Shown: positions 1-13,479 of the stretch, in pieces
Position numbering within the stretch: the first letter of the stretch is position 1
How the letters are laid out: every line of letters begins with the position of its first letter
Source: Laetmonice hystrix
Lineage: Eukaryota
Length of the DNA stretch: 64,000 nucleotides
Assembly (NCBI GenBank): GCA_965235115.1
Contig: OZ249436.1
Coordinates: 27,344,001-27,408,000 of the forward strand
Direction of reading: 5' to 3'
Translations under genes and position numbers: made by a program
The notes under the pieces: generated by a model
Databases searched by the model: none
Seen by the model: only the letters and a program-made list of their open reading frames with translations
What the model was told of the DNA's origin: nothing

Positions 1-83
1 TACAGGGAGATAAATAGCCAAAATAAACCACCGCGAAAATAACCCAATCAACAGTATATAGAAATAGGGCTAAGCTCTCACTG

Positions 84-88
84 CCTGC

Positions 89-119
<31 letters not shown>

Positions 120-339
120 CTTCTCTCCCTCCCTCCCTCCCTCCCTCCCTCCTTCCCTCCCTCCCTCCCTCCCTCCCTCCCTCCCTCCCTCCCTTCTCTC
201 TCTCTCTCTCTCTCCTTCTCTCCTTCCCTCCCTCCCTCAGTCCCTCCCTCCCTCCCTCCTCTCTGCTGTGAGAAAGGAGAGAGGTGGGGGAGGAGGAGGA
301 GGAGGAGGAGGAGGAGGAGGAGGAGGAGGAGGAGGAGGA
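84..339. repeat. Compound microsatellite: (CTGT)n-(CT)n-(CCCT)n pyrimidine tract followed by (GGA)n purine tract
   Basis: Read directly; it accounts for the poly-S/REGG ORF at 70..417. Confidence 0.95.
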
Positions 340-3300
340 GAAGGCATGAGGCCTGACCGGCGGAGATGACTGACTATCTCCTGTCACCAAACAGTCGTGA
401 GACATGGATCTTCTCACAGCATGGTGAAAAATACACTAATGAACCATTACAGCAGAGCCAGACACAGTATCTGTTTACACGTAAAAAAACCTCGGCCCAA
501 TGTGATTTGGCGAGCGACCAGAGGGGGCATCGCTGGCGGCAGTCGTCCAGTGTGAGATGTGCCAGACCTGAAGTGCATGGCCGCTGAAAAAAGGTACGAT
601 GCCCTGCAGGCCATCTCTGAGCTCCAATAATAGACTGGCTGTGCACAGGCCGCACCACTGATCTGATTCGTGATTCCCTGTCATTGGGATCACGAACAGT
701 ACAAGCCATTGGCTGATTAGAAAGCCACATCATGGCAGGGAGGCATTCTCAGCGCAGATCTAGTCTCCCCCTTTTTTTCATCGCATGGGGTGAGAAATTG
801 TCAGCGGGGCGAGTAGACTAGAGATTAGTGGGATGCTTAGCGAGGTTAATGGCACCACCATCCCCCACTTCTCCCCCCTCCAATGCCAACCCAGCTTTTG
901 GCCGTCGCCCATTGTGAAGGGCCCATGGCAGCGAGAGGGTGTGGCCACGGCTTTGCTGTTCGTCCGCTGTACGGATGTACTCGGCTGTGTAGACATCGAG
1001 TTAACCAAAGCCAAATTCTGTCAGTTGCCAAGGCGGCAATTCATCCCTACTCGGCCAGACGTGCAAAACTGATTTTCTGCCGCAACTCACAAGTCACTTA
1101 GCACATTGATGTGCAGAGATTATGGTGAATTTCATCACGTGATAATCAATAGGCCTAAGGACGCGCCCCAGGCTTGGATGAAAGCGCGCACAAAGATGCC
1201 ATCTGTGTATATAACGGATGGCAGGCAGGCTTGCAGGTTGACTCTTTTACCGAATGCTGATAGCTTAAAATGTGCTTTCTGGGGATTTGTACAGAGACAA
1301 GAGGTGACAGAAAGCAGGCATGTAACAAGGCAATGTAGCATGAAGACAGATAACGAAGATATATTAGGATACGGAAATCTAAAAAGGGGGACATTTTCTT
1401 GACATATTAAGCAGGAACGCCATGTGGTACAGAACAGGATTCGTAGGAGCTTTTCATAATGTTAGATCAAAGAGGTACAAATTATCAACAGAACGACAAA
1501 TACCGCCACTCGCCGTTCTATAGCCAGGACAGGTTTTGAAGGTGTTAGAACGGCTAGGGAAGGAGAAAAACATGATTGATTGGAGTAACACCGAATTTTT
1601 TTGTACACACATTGTGGTTGTGTACTTGGGAATAGAATGTGGCTGTCTGAGCTGTAGCATTGTGAGTGTGGCTTACTGGAATCAGGAGGTGCACCATTTA
1701 ACATAACCAGAAAATCGGCATATGGAAAAAACTCGTTGGCCACCATGTCTCACTTTTGATGATAATGCAGGCACTAAAATGGGTAAATTCCGTTTTCTTG
1801 GGCTAAGAGAACTAATATGGTAATAAAATACATGCGTAATGTAGCCTAGATGTATTATTTTTACAGCGGAAGCTTCAACCCCCCCTCCCCCATTCCGCCA
1901 TTAATTGTATTGTCCGGTCTTGACACTTCATAATAAGTAAATCACCGAGTCACGTACAAAAAAATGTGCTGTGTATGTGGCGATCTTCATTTGGAGTATC
2001 AGAGGCAAAGAGTTAGCGAGCGAATGAACGTTTTTTTCTGTACATTTCCCTGATTACATGTACCCTTTTAATGTGTCTAGTAATGACTTAATGATAAGTA
2101 ATGTCTGGGGAGTCAGGAGCTGGTAATGAATGTGTCCAGGGTATGTCTCCCGAACCAGGGATGGTAAAAGCAGCCGATAAAAGGTTTCTGAGATGACATA
2201 ACGCAGAGAGTGCTTCACGTCCTATTATTACACCATACCAGGGCCTGCAGTTACTTTACCGTGCACTCAATGCTTCAACGCTATGCAGGGGGCATACCTG
2301 GCTAGATTTATTCACAAAAAGTAAATATATGAATAATGTAGAGAGTGTATGAGTCATTGTAGCAGCTGGTTATAAATCTTCCCATTATTGTCGTCACTGC
2401 CTGAGCTATAACTAAACTATTGCCGGTGTGCTCAATATATCAGGAAGATTTCCGCCAAAGTAAATTTAAAGGCACACTCTGTGGACAAGGAGGGTTGTAG
2501 TGAGAAAGAATGGATGGTGATATTAGTAGGTCGGTTGGCAGGGCTTGGTACCCAATTATCTTCTGTGTGGGCAGGTAGGACAAAGGAGGAGGATATGAGG
2601 ATGCGTTGATGTGGTTAGGCGCCTGGAATGTTGGTCCTAGATAAAGACAGGTGACTGGTGAGTATCCAGGTGGTAGGCATGCCGTCATCCATGCTCACCT
2701 ACTGAAGGGATGGCGGTGGGGGCGAGTCATGTGGAGATTTCTAAAACTGCGACCAGCGAGAAGGTGGAAGAATTGAAATGTGACGTCGTTAGCGGTTTTC
2801 TTTGCAACACTGCATCATGATTGCAAGGCATACATGGGCGCTGCCATTGTTAGAGGAAATGATTGAGGACAATTTTCTGTGAGACACCTGTTGGTTCCGG
2901 TTAGGAACGAGTGATTGATTGATGTTTTTGTGATCTATCCTTATCTCTGGTCGCTCCAATCATGGTAAGAAATCGGCAGTAGACCAAGTCAGACGGGGGG
3001 GGGGGCTATGAAATTATTTTTAGATTTTTATTGCGAGTACATGAGGATAACTCGTTTTAAAATCTCACAAAAAGGCAATCATGGAGCCGTTTTCTATCAG
3101 CTTGATATTCCTGTACGTGTACTTGCTATAGTTATTTAATAATGGGTCTCAGGTAAAGGGACAAAATGGATCTTTGATGCACATTTAAGTTGTTTTTTGT
3201 TTATGAAAAGGTTATGAAATATTTGTTATGGTAAATGGACATTTTAAAAATACAGAAAACTATTCATTGCTGGACAGGAGGGGCAAAAGGATAATGTGGG

Positions 3301-4400
3301 GGGGGGGGATCGGTACAAGAGATATTATTGCTAAATATAGAGAAAAGAATAAAATGAAAATACAAAACTTTACTTCCCGGGAACTTGCTGCTGTGGTAAT
3401 ACCATCAGTATTATGTGATCCGTCATAAGTAAGAAGGTTCTCATTATAATCAGTATTACTACTGCTACGTGTCATATAGTGATATGTGGAGGAGCTGATA
3501 ATAATTTGTAAAATCCAACTACGGGAGGATGTGTATAATTAGGCTTGTCAGACACCTGGGCCTTGACGTGTGTGACGTCTCTCCTCCCAGCACCCACAGC
3601 CTCCCGAATCGATGATGAATGGTTTGAGGGTTTGTTTTTGTCTCTCCTGATGCCCAGCTCATCATACTCTACATTATGCATGTGTTGGCGGTTGGAGGAG
3701 CCACTGAAAACGACAGCTCCCTTTGAAATGGGCTGAAGGAACGGCGAATGGCAATTTGCTGATTGCATATTCAGGTCTTTTTTTATGTGCTTCACCGAAT
3801 AGCGTTTGTTGCTGCTTCTTGATGAATCCGTGTAGCTGTGCGCATGCAAGCCATCTGAGCTGTTTTAGTTATGAGCAACAGACAATGCAGTATCAAGTAC
3901 GAAGGGGACTGGGTAATTTTTGTACGTCAGATAGAGAATGAATAACAAGGCTGCCTTTTATTATTGCTCTGATGGGAAAACTAAAAGAAGGGGAAGCCCT
4001 GTTGGTAGCGACCGGATGCAAATGGGTTTCTCTACATTGGGTGTCAGCTGTCTTTGATGTTTTTGTAGTTCTTTATGTGACGAATGACTGCGGTAATGGT
4101 GAAGTAGCCAGCATGGTGTCAGACTAGAAAGGAGGGAGGGAGCTCTCAGTCTGGGCGGTGCCAGCGGTGCCAGCTGGTGGTGCCGGTGGTTGTGGGGATG
4201 GTAGTCGTGGTGGCGCCCAAGGCTAAGGGCTTCCACTTGATTTAGTCCGTTCAGGCCCTACAGACACGTTCTACCGCCCCCTGCAATCAGGACGATGACC
4301 AATTGCCTCCAACAGCGAATCTGCACAAAACGGCCCCGCACGCAGCCAAGTGATAGATATCTATGGCTTCTGGAGTAGACCTGCCCCCTCCGTCCTGCTC

Positions 4401-4403
<3 letters not shown>

Positions 4404-4437
<34 letters not shown>

Positions 4438-4470
4438 TCCTCCTCCTCCTCCTCCTCCTCCTCCTCCTCC
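4404..4470. repeat. (CTG)n-(CTC)n compound trinucleotide microsatellite
   Basis: Read directly. Confidence 0.95.
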
Positions 4471-4910
4471 TTATGAAGAGAGATGTCCTTTCATTTCTAA
4501 CCGTGAGATGAATATTCTGCCGCTCGTCTCAGCACAGGGACATAAAAAGGCTTGTTGTAAGTGATGTATGCCAGGGAGTAATGGTCTGTTGCCGAAGGGA
4601 GGTTCTGGCAGTTATTGATATCGCTGCAGTCGTACTTGACGGGACCGAATTAATCCCTGTTTAAACTATATTTCTGTGAGGAGGTAGATTCTGTGCCGTC
4701 TACAAATAATTTCCCCTCCTCAGGGGTAATAATAACGTTATGGAGACGGTGGGCTTTTAAGCCATGGAGAGGATTTAGGAAGACGGCTATAGTTATACCA
4801 TGGAGACGATAGATCGTTCAGCCGGCTCCCTACAGGAGACCAAGCCCTCCAGGAAAACGGAAAGTGATGCTTCTCCTCCAGCCAAGACACTCCTTGGCTT
4901 CTTTCTCTGT

Positions 4911-4966
4911 CTCCTCCTCCTCCTCCTCCTCCTCCTCCTCCTCCTCCTCCTCCTCCTCCTCCTCCT
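4911..4966. repeat. (CTC)n microsatellite
   Basis: Read directly; it produces the poly-L and poly-R ORFs at 4800..5081 and 4793..5164. Confidence 0.95.
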
Positions 4967-6538
4967 CTGTCTCCTCTTTCCTCCTCTGACGATACTCTTC
5001 AAGATAAATCGCCCTGCATGCTGTCGACTCACTGCTCTCGTTCCGCCCTCAGCCCAGGCCAGGTGTAGGACTACGGGCTGAAATAGCAGGCCAATTACAA
5101 CGTCTGTGAACATCTGCGAACAGCCCCTTTTTCTACCTGAAATCAAATTGGTTATTTCCTGCATTGTTTTTTTTATTAATAATTATTCATTCAATAGGGT
5201 AGTTTTTCGAATTTCAGCCTGGCAAGGGTTTTTGAGGCTTGTGTTGCGGTGCTTGGAAGATGGAAGGGTCGCGTCGAATACATTCTGTGCCCCAAGGATT
5301 CTAACCCCCCCCCCCCCTCCTCCCCCGAGCCAAGGGAGGGCACTTCTTGGCCTTGTCATGAATGCATGAATTCTTTTTTATCGTCCATCAGATCTCCAGG
5401 GTTCCCAAGCTCAGCCATAAATGACTCTCTGCAAAACGAAAAACGGATGAGATTTTCATTGAAATTTAAAGATTGATCATGTATAACTTTGCTGCCTTTT
5501 AAAAGCAGGTCTTTCCTGGTTGGTTCGTGGGAGGAAAAATAACACTTTGAAATGGATGAGCCTAATGCCTTCTGGTTTGTCTCATTAGCTGAATCACAGC
5601 AATGATAAAGGTTCTTACGGAGGTAAGGCACGGCACGTTTGTAAGCTGGGATTGGCGTTGTTGCGTAGAGACGACGTCGCTCATTGGCTAGGTCACAGCT
5701 CGATGTCAGCTGACAACGCCCTGGGAACGCTACCATCAAATGTGAGATTTTAAAAAATCGAACATTCAAGGGGAGTGTTCCCAAGGATACCGATGATAAA
5801 ATAACAGTTGATGTTGGCAGGGGTACGGGGGGTTTTGTTGCTGGCCTCGCATATTGGCTGGAAGCGATTGTTTCTCGAGCCTCACCAACTGTGGCCGGCT
5901 CAGCCTTCAGGATCCTGCCTAGGGGCTAACCGGTTAAATGTATGCCGGATCCTAATTTATGACCGTTCCTCTGATTGCGATGAGCTCCCCCACCTCCCCC
6001 TCTCCACCCCCCACCCAACCTTCCTGTGTGATCAGTTGTCACCCTAGGGATACGCTCCCCGCCCAAAACAATGCTTCTCCTCATTCAAACCTTAATATGA
6101 CGCCTCCAATAATACTACCGGAGCTTAGAGGAACTACAAGATACGAGTCCCTCTGTGAGTGTTAGACGACTGTAAATTAACAGTGTTGTGTGATTCAGAC
6201 AGTCCCGCACAGGTGACATATAGCTTTCTTTTTAAAACACCGAGACATTATAGCAAACAAAGAACCCCACAGATATAAGGATATAAGTAAGCTACTTCTG
6301 CCATAATGCTTCACACAGTAACCAAACAAGCTCCCCATCTTATCGTACGGTACACTTGAGTGTCGTCGCACTTACAAAAGAAAACGTTCGAAACGGGAGA
6401 TGCTGTGCCTTAATAGTGCAGCCAGGCCCCTCGAAGATGAAATAAAGCAGCAGGCTTTGATGAACATCATACACACCTGATTGCCCCGGGTAAAGCAAGC
6501 ATTACTTGAGTCGTGGCGGGGTAAGACGAGATTCTATA

Positions 6539-6795
6539 GGCTTCATTACATGCCACACTGTAGAGACGCGTTATGATGAAACGCTACCGTTTATATACAC
6601 TTATCAATGCTACATCTATAAGACGACGCACATGACAAAACATAACCTTAGTAAATTTTTAGTTGCAAAACTGTCACATGTGACAGAATGCCAGTTTAGT
6701 GTGTTTTTATGCTGTCCGTACCAGACGTCACATGCGACGTCACGTATGTTGCAGTGATAAAAATATGTGACATTTCGTGCTCATGTAAAGAAGCC
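6539..6795. mobile_element. Putative MITE (about 257 bp) with 14-bp imperfect TIRs
   Basis: GGCTTCATTACATG (6539-6552) versus CATGTAAAGAAGCC (6782-6795) is a 13/14 inverted match. A near-central perfect palindrome CTGTCACATGTGACAG lies at 6671-6686. No clean TSD. Confidence 0.5.
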
Positions 6796-7049
6796 AAACT
6801 TCAGGAATGAAAGCCATGATGATATAACAGTAAGCACAGCAAAGGGCGTGTTTCGTGTTGTGATATTACAAGTAAACTCTATTGATATAGGGGCTGGTGT
6901 CTACCAGACAATTGATCAGACAGTTTGTAATCTAGGTTGCCGATTCGATGCTCTGTGTCCGAGATGATGTGCTGATTAGACACTCATTTATATTTATCGT
7001 CACTCATCTATAGACACACACTCGCTTTGTGTGCGCCCCACCGAGGCTG

Positions 7050-7160
7050 GGATTAGGACTGATTGATGGCTCCAATCATAATACTGGCCAGATGAGATTG
7101 AGCAGATTGGCGGTAATCCCAACATGGCGAGGCGGCCTCAGTAATCCAGTCAATCAATCA
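7050..7160. promoter_or_regulatory. Candidate enhancer: cluster of Pbx-Hox-type and K50-homeodomain-type motifs
   Basis: TGATTGATGG 7060-7069, ATCAATCA 7153-7160, GGATTA 7050-7055, TAATCC 7114-7119 and 7142-7147. Motif evidence only. Confidence 0.3.
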
Positions 7161-7571
7161 GCCAGGCTCCACTCACTCCAGTATCCTACAGTGGAGGGAG
7201 CTAGGACGTACTCCAGTGGGGCCCGTCATGTTAACAGGTATTACTCTGAGGTGTGGCATTGGAGCGTAGCTGAATACAAATGCCTGATTTACCCCCACCC
7301 TCCACCACCCCCACCTACCACCACACGCGCGCGCACGCTGAAAAAGGGGGCGGGGGAAAGGAGAAAAATCCCAGCGCACATAGGTAGAGGTAAAATGATT
7401 TTCTCCGGTTCCAGATAATCCATTCTAAAAGTCAATTCCCATTCTAAAACAAAATCAGACGTAAATCCAATTTTAGAACAAAATTTTAAGTGTTTTCTGA
7501 GAGTATGCGAGGTAAAACAGCAATTCTTGTTCTCTACCCCCCCTCCCCCCCCCCCTCCGTTTTATATTTCG

Positions 7572-7676
7572 GGCGGAGGTGCTGCTTTGTATGTCAATGA
7601 TTGCCTCAAGCCTTATTTCCACCTGACTCGCTGCCCGGTCACGGCGGACCTGCCTGTCGATGTATTGTGTTATAGG
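7572..7676 (+). mobile_element. Short possible LINE AP-endonuclease fragment
   Basis: Translates GGGAALYVNDCLKP...DLPVDVLC, resembling the GGGVALYV motif of CR1/L2 endonucleases. Very short. Confidence 0.3.
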
Positions 7677-10600
7677 TGACCTAGGTGGTAATCAGGCCAT
7701 TGTGACCGGGGGACATCCCATTGTGTGTGGGCGGCGGCAGCATTAGCAGCTGTAGACAGCTAGCTTTCCCTCAACGGCTCACACCCCGGCACCCTCCACC
7801 TCTGACCCGACCCTCCGCCCGGACACTGACTGGTAGGGGGGATGGTTGGAAGGACACTGGCCACTGGTCAAGTCCCCAGACACCTATTTTCTCCATGCAC
7901 CCCGTAATGTCTATCAGGGCCCCCGGGGGGTCGTGCCCCCTGCCTGACTGCGGGGTCACCCTGGCTATTATCAAATGTAAGGGTGTCAGGAGTGATAAAC
8001 TTTTTTTTAGCCAAACAGACAGACCACAGTGAAAAGGATTGAGGGCGCATTGAAGAGGGCAGTGACATTATGGTGATATCTTGGGTGTCAATTTACACTG
8101 GGTTTGGGAGTAGGCTTAGCTGGAGACCGTCATCATTCAACCAGATGACGTCTCTATGACATGAACCAACAGTGACCACAGTCTAGCGTCAGTGACCTTT
8201 CCAACACACACCCCAAGGATGATGCTCTGTATAGGAGGAAGAAGTAGTTTGTCTCCAGTCGTCGGAATGCACTTAGATCTTGCAGCTGATGAGGAATAGT
8301 GTACGAGGCGTACAGGGTGTTTTTATTATGTTACATCTATTATAAATATGTACCTTAGTGAACTCTGCCGCCCTACGAGATGGGCGTGTGTGTGTAAATA
8401 TTTGGCAATTTATAATTATTCTACTTTTCTTTTTGTTTAACTAGCCTAGATTCCATGGTTGTGCTTTGGAGTATCTATGATTCAGGCCAACATTATATCA
8501 ATCCTAATTTTAAAACATGATATTTTATGTGGAAACACAATTATTGTACACAGGCTGTTGGCAATTGAGGTGGGATATTTTTCTTCTTTCAGCACATATT
8601 ATTACAATTATTTTAAAGCTCTTTCCTCGATTCATGGCAAGATTACTATTTTTATTAGGCAATGGCTAATGTATTGTTGAATCAATTAGTTTAGAGATTT
8701 CTAAGCTTTTCATCAGATCCATGTTACAACCTTTTTTAGGCCCTTATTTTATTGGATGTCTATGAAACACCTCGCGGAATGAGTTCATATCAAGTCTACA
8801 GCAGTAAATTGATGGGGGTTTTACGCTCACGCCTAGAAGCGTCAGTCTCTGGGAGTGATTTATTGTTAATGGGCCTGAATCTGGTTTTAATATTCATTAC
8901 AAAAACTATTAGTTTTAACGAGAGGTCTGGTCTTTGACCATGGCATTTTCCAAGCATCATATCCCTTTCATTTGTTCTTTTACGTATGTTTCCCCAATTC
9001 TGTCTGAGTGCACGACTACCCTCTGGGGTCAAGCAATTACAGGGCATTATGTGTATTAAAGAGTGTTATTTTTCAAAATATCGTTAAAGTACAGTGATTA
9101 GTCAAAGCCTGTTGCTGTGAGAAAGGCCGACGGCATCTGTTACTTATGTCAGGCTTTAACAACAGGAGGAGTGAGATGTCGCCTTCCTTAATGACATCAA
9201 CTTTCAGTTCTTACCCGGCTCCGCTTTAGTTGACAATGACACCTGGGTTTCTTTCTAGATAGCAGCTCCCAAAGTGCTATGGGGCAAGACGAAGTAAATT
9301 AGCTCAACTAGGCAACGCTCCATACTTGGTCGTGACCGGAGGCTAAACGTTGGCCGGTCAAGCCAGGTGGAAACACTATGGAAACACCCATTCACACAGT
9401 TACATTATCATGGTTAAAACGAGGCCACCTCATGCCCATTGCTGTTAGATTTCAAATGTAAGCGAATATTGAGGCGCGCACATTTGAACTATTTACAGAA
9501 CATGCCGATAGCTGTAAGTGTCTTATTATTACAATTATTATTATCGATGTACATTGCCATTGTGGGAACATAGATCCATGTCGTAGTGGTACTTAATGTA
9601 TTCCGGCGTTTAGTGCATGGCGAAGTGTTTGAATATACGACCCATCTTCTTGTATGTAGTTTACATTGTGCCATAACGCTATTAAATTTATGTGTAAGCG
9701 TTTAATGTTGAATGATGTACCTGACCATTGGCCTCCGAGTGAAGACGTAAAAGCCATTTCGTGTTGGAGTTTTGATTAATAGGTTTTGTCAGGCAGGTCT
9801 CGAGTAGACAGGTGACGGGGATAAGTAATAAATGGCACCATAGTGGTCTGTCTAGCCGAGCTCCTGAACGTTCAAAACATCTATACAACTTTAGAACATG
9901 ATGTCGGCCCCCAGGCCTGACACGACGATGACTTGCTCCATCACGCATGCGGCCCGTGTTGTTGGGACGCGCAAAGCTATGTCATTACGTGCTAGTTTTA
10001 CGTGACGTGTGGAGCGTGTTTTTTTTAACGTGACGCAGGATTGAATCAGTCGAGGTCGAAGTGGATTTTGATCATGCCATTCATGGATCCCTGCTACATA
10101 GACAAACACGCCGCTATGTGGCACTGACTGGCTCCGTTTGGAGCGCGCATAAAACCCATCGTGCTCATTTTGTGTAAATACTAATGTAGGAAAGGAACGG
10201 CATCGATCTTTCACGAGGTGAATATTAGGCATGCATGGCAGTCAGTCGGAAACTGCCGTCTGATGTTGACTGGCTAACGTTGTTCATATTGGGTTCATCC
10301 CAGTTTGGTTGGTGGGGATAATTGGGGGGGGGGGGCGTTCAAAACGGACAGTGGGAGCTTCCGACTGGCTCTGTTGTCCGCGCTGCCAAACCAGTGCCGC
10401 TTCAGGGGAGTGGTGGTGGTGGCCACCGCCGCTCTTGAGGTCACCACTTCAGGAGCCACCACCTGTAGGTGGCTCTGGCGGCATAAGAGAAGGAGGTGCA
10501 GCAGCGGCTGACCTCTTGCTGTGTCATTTTGCCTGCTCGTGCCTGTGGAAGTCACAGCAGGCAGCCACCCGCCTTCCTATAATCGGCGCGTGATTAAAGA

Positions 10601-10789
10601 GATGGCGTCGGAGGGCTCACCTTTTGGTGCCTCGTGTCACAGGTGAAAGCCAGTCGGTGTGGTGAGAAATCAATTCTTTCTCACCTCCCACAGGTCGTTT
10701 ACAAATGTCATTGACTTGATGACAGGCACTCCGTTAAATACATGGGTCTCCAGCAACGCTGCTCGCCCAGGCGTTTAGTTAAGTTAGTT

Positions 10790-12157
10790 ATCTTCCCTGT
10801 CATTTCGGGGTCGTAAAAAGGTTTCCAATTTACCAATAAAGACGTTCGGAGTGGCGAGGCTTTCAGCGTGGTTTTTATGTACCTCTCAGTGTGGTAATAC
10901 TGACAGGAGGTATTGATTTTTTAAAATACATATTCTATGATGGAGTGAGTAGACCGATGTTGTATGTAGTCCTAAGTAAGTCACCTTCACGCTACGCACC
11001 AGTTGTATGCTGTGGCATCATTCATGTCCTTCCGAACTGTAGGTGAGCTTTAAATCTTGTTCATGAGACACCAGTATGGTTTATGAGAGAGACATAGCCC
11101 CTAGTAGGAAGATAGGTAGTGGTGACTCGCTAAGACCCACTCCCCCCTCCCCCGTGATGTACATCTACTGTCTAACATGTTATCCAAAGAACACGTGCCA
11201 GCCAAGCCGGAGGATGTAACAGTACCATAGGGAGAGATAGTGGCTGCCGTCGCCAAGGGCTGTGTCCTGATAGGGGTATCGGGAGACACGCCTCTAATTG
11301 GTAGAGACAGGAGACGGTGGGGGATGTATTCAACGGGCTTCGCTGCTCTTTACCACCCCTCCCGGTGTATGCCTGTATCAGGAGGACATTCCTGTATCAA
11401 TAGATTAATCCAGTATCAATACAACATTCATGTATCAATATAAAATCCGGCTCTGCTGAGTTGAAACATAATAATGGCAGTATAACATCAGAGGTACCTG
11501 GGTTCCCTACAATCTCCAATGAATTTGTACATTCGTTTTCACCTGTATTTTCTGTAGGCAGACCACTGTTTGACATTATATGACAGGAAATTGGTTATAT
11601 TACGTTACCTTATATCAGGATCTAACCGGTTTGATCCAGCGTGATTCAGTTTTTCCGCGATAATGTCACTAATATCCTCCTATAGACGACAAGGATCATT
11701 TTTAAATCTCGTCACAACTGATCCTTCTTGTTAATAACGTTAAAATGATATGTTTTACGGATTCAGTGACTACGGTAATAATGATTGCCAGACAGCGCTG
11801 ACGACAGGAAAGAGTCACATGAAATATTGTTTTGAGATTGAATTACGGTAGTGTTAAATTTATTGACCAAACACTATATATATACTGAATCATTTATTTG
11901 AGCATCCGGTCGCAGCATTATCCAAATGACCAAGAATATTCCGAGGTTTCGCCGAAAGCATTGATTTGGTTTACAACAAGAAATGGTAGATATTAGTTTA
12001 AGAAAGATGCTCTGAATGGAGAAACTGGCGGATAACAATTAAGATGAGAACAGATTGGCTTAGATAATCCATCTGGTGTCCGGAGAACAGGTAATATCTC
12101 AGCTCACATGATGCGGTCACAGTAATGGCAGTCTGTAGACAAAACTCGCAGTCATTG
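10790..12157 (-). mobile_element. Highly decayed CR1/L2-type non-LTR retrotransposon ORF2 (RT and C-terminal region), interrupted at about 11100-11400
   Basis: Degenerate motifs occur in the correct order on the minus strand: *LRVLSTDCHYC..AEILPV (cf. WIxSFLTDRxQRV..SExLPV) ~12157-12090; frameshifted SG.PxG ~12080; FGET (cf. FADDT) ~11955; W....LNP ~11790-11755; ITNFLS..W ~11600; DVILPLY...RILY (cf. VILPLYxxLVRPILEY) ~11490-11440. Many stops and frameshifts. Confidence 0.55.
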
Positions 12158-12233
12158 TCAGAGCAACGAGACTCTGTCTCGTCTCGTTGGTCAGAGCAAC
12201 GAGACTCTGTCTCGTCTTGTTGGTCAGAGCGAG
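12158..12233. repeat. 33-bp tandem duplication (about 2.3 copies) with internal inverted repeat
   Basis: TCAGAGCAACGAGACTCTGTCTCGTCTYGTTGG repeated; the unit contains ACGAGAC-TCT-GTCTCGT. Confidence 0.9.
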
Positions 12234-13193
12234 TAGTTAGCGTCGACAGTACAAGCAGTTTGAAACAGAACCCGGGGTACCTTTTCTTTCTCTTACTCAT
12301 TGTGAATAATTTCAAAATATAAATGAAGCTAGAGCGGTATTGGTCCTAGTCTAGATTACTGGAACCGGTTAAAGATACCTGAACCTTAATTGAAGCAATA
12401 GAAAACTGTCTCCGTGCATCCTCTTCTTGGAACCAGTCCATTGTAAAGCTAAAGATAGCAATGCCACACGCCATCTCAAGGAGGGACTGACTGTGCATGG
12501 AAGGAGGGCAGTGGGGGTCGAGGGACAGATTACTAGAGAATGCCAATCATTGACTTTCCGGACACCCCCGGTTTCCGTTGTTGCTGGCCAGGCCCACGAT
12601 GTGATTTCCCTCGCTAACTCGCCTTGTATAGAAAGGAATCTTAGTCCAGGAACAGACCGAGAGAGATACTGGCGTCAGCCGGCGCCGACAGAATGGATGG
12701 GTGGATGACCCGTCAAGTATTCTCACTAGAAACACACATACGTATGCAGGTGGCGAAATGCTGGCTGCTGGGGCCATTGAGGATGCGGAGCCTGAGGGGC
12801 ATACAGAGTTGGAAACACTGTCAGAAACATTCGTGGAACAAATAGTGAAAGGCCCTAAGGGTGGCCTTCCTGCGTGGCCGTCATGGTGAACAGTTTCACC
12901 CGTACAAGAACGCCATCTGAAGGCATGTGGCGGCAGAGCTTGATGTCGCCCCGGAACGATTCTTTTGGTCATTGTTGAGGTTCCATTGTGATGTATCAAA
13001 TTGAGACATACCGGGGGTATACAATGTACGTTTCTTTTTGAATACGAAATTAGAAGGAGTTTTTGTTTGAATATATGGTTTCTGAGTGTTAGGAATATGG
13101 GGGCACGAATGGCTTGTTTAACTCGCATTCTGTTATCGTCAGCAGCAGGATGTCTGGGCTGGGGCTCGCAGGGACAATAGGTTTCACCACCGG

Positions 13194-13444
13194 CAGGGTT
13201 TCCACCAGAGGGTAAAATGGGTAAAATTCCGTACCCTAAACTTTTTCCAGGGTACGGATAAAAATCTCCTGATGATGCCTTGAGCAACTTGAAGGAATCA
13301 AATATAATATCGTACAGTATATGCAGTCTTTATTTGATTAATTCACATATTTGTAACAGCAGTTAGGGTTAGGTTTAGGCTAACCCGAACCCTAACCCTT
13401 CCTCTGGTCCGTACCCTAATTTTTTTTTTCTGGCGGAAACCCTG
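13194..13444. mobile_element. Complete 251-bp MITE, 15-bp TIRs with CAG termini, 5-bp TSD (hAT5-like), telomere-like core
   Basis: Left CAGGGTTTCCACCAG and right CTGGCGGAAACCCTG match 14/15. ACCGG flanks both ends (13189-13193, 13445-13449). The subterminal motif CCGTACCCT(AA) is repeated, and GTTAGGGTTAGG...AACCCTAACCCT lies at 13361-13399. Confidence 0.85.
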
Positions 13445-13479
13445 ACCGGCCAACAAGACAAGTCGTACCGAATGTTTTC

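Noticed and set aside
1..57. CGCGAAAATAACC...ACAGTA, like the right end of a TA-flanked MITE; also a Harbinger-like end at ~16245-16261
   Set aside because: The partner end is missing or outside the window, so neither element can be delimited.
12547..13287. Longest ORF (246 aa, minus strand)
   Set aside because: Starts at a non-ATG codon inside the 13194-13444 MITE, has no recognisable domain and has a composition typical of a chance ORF.
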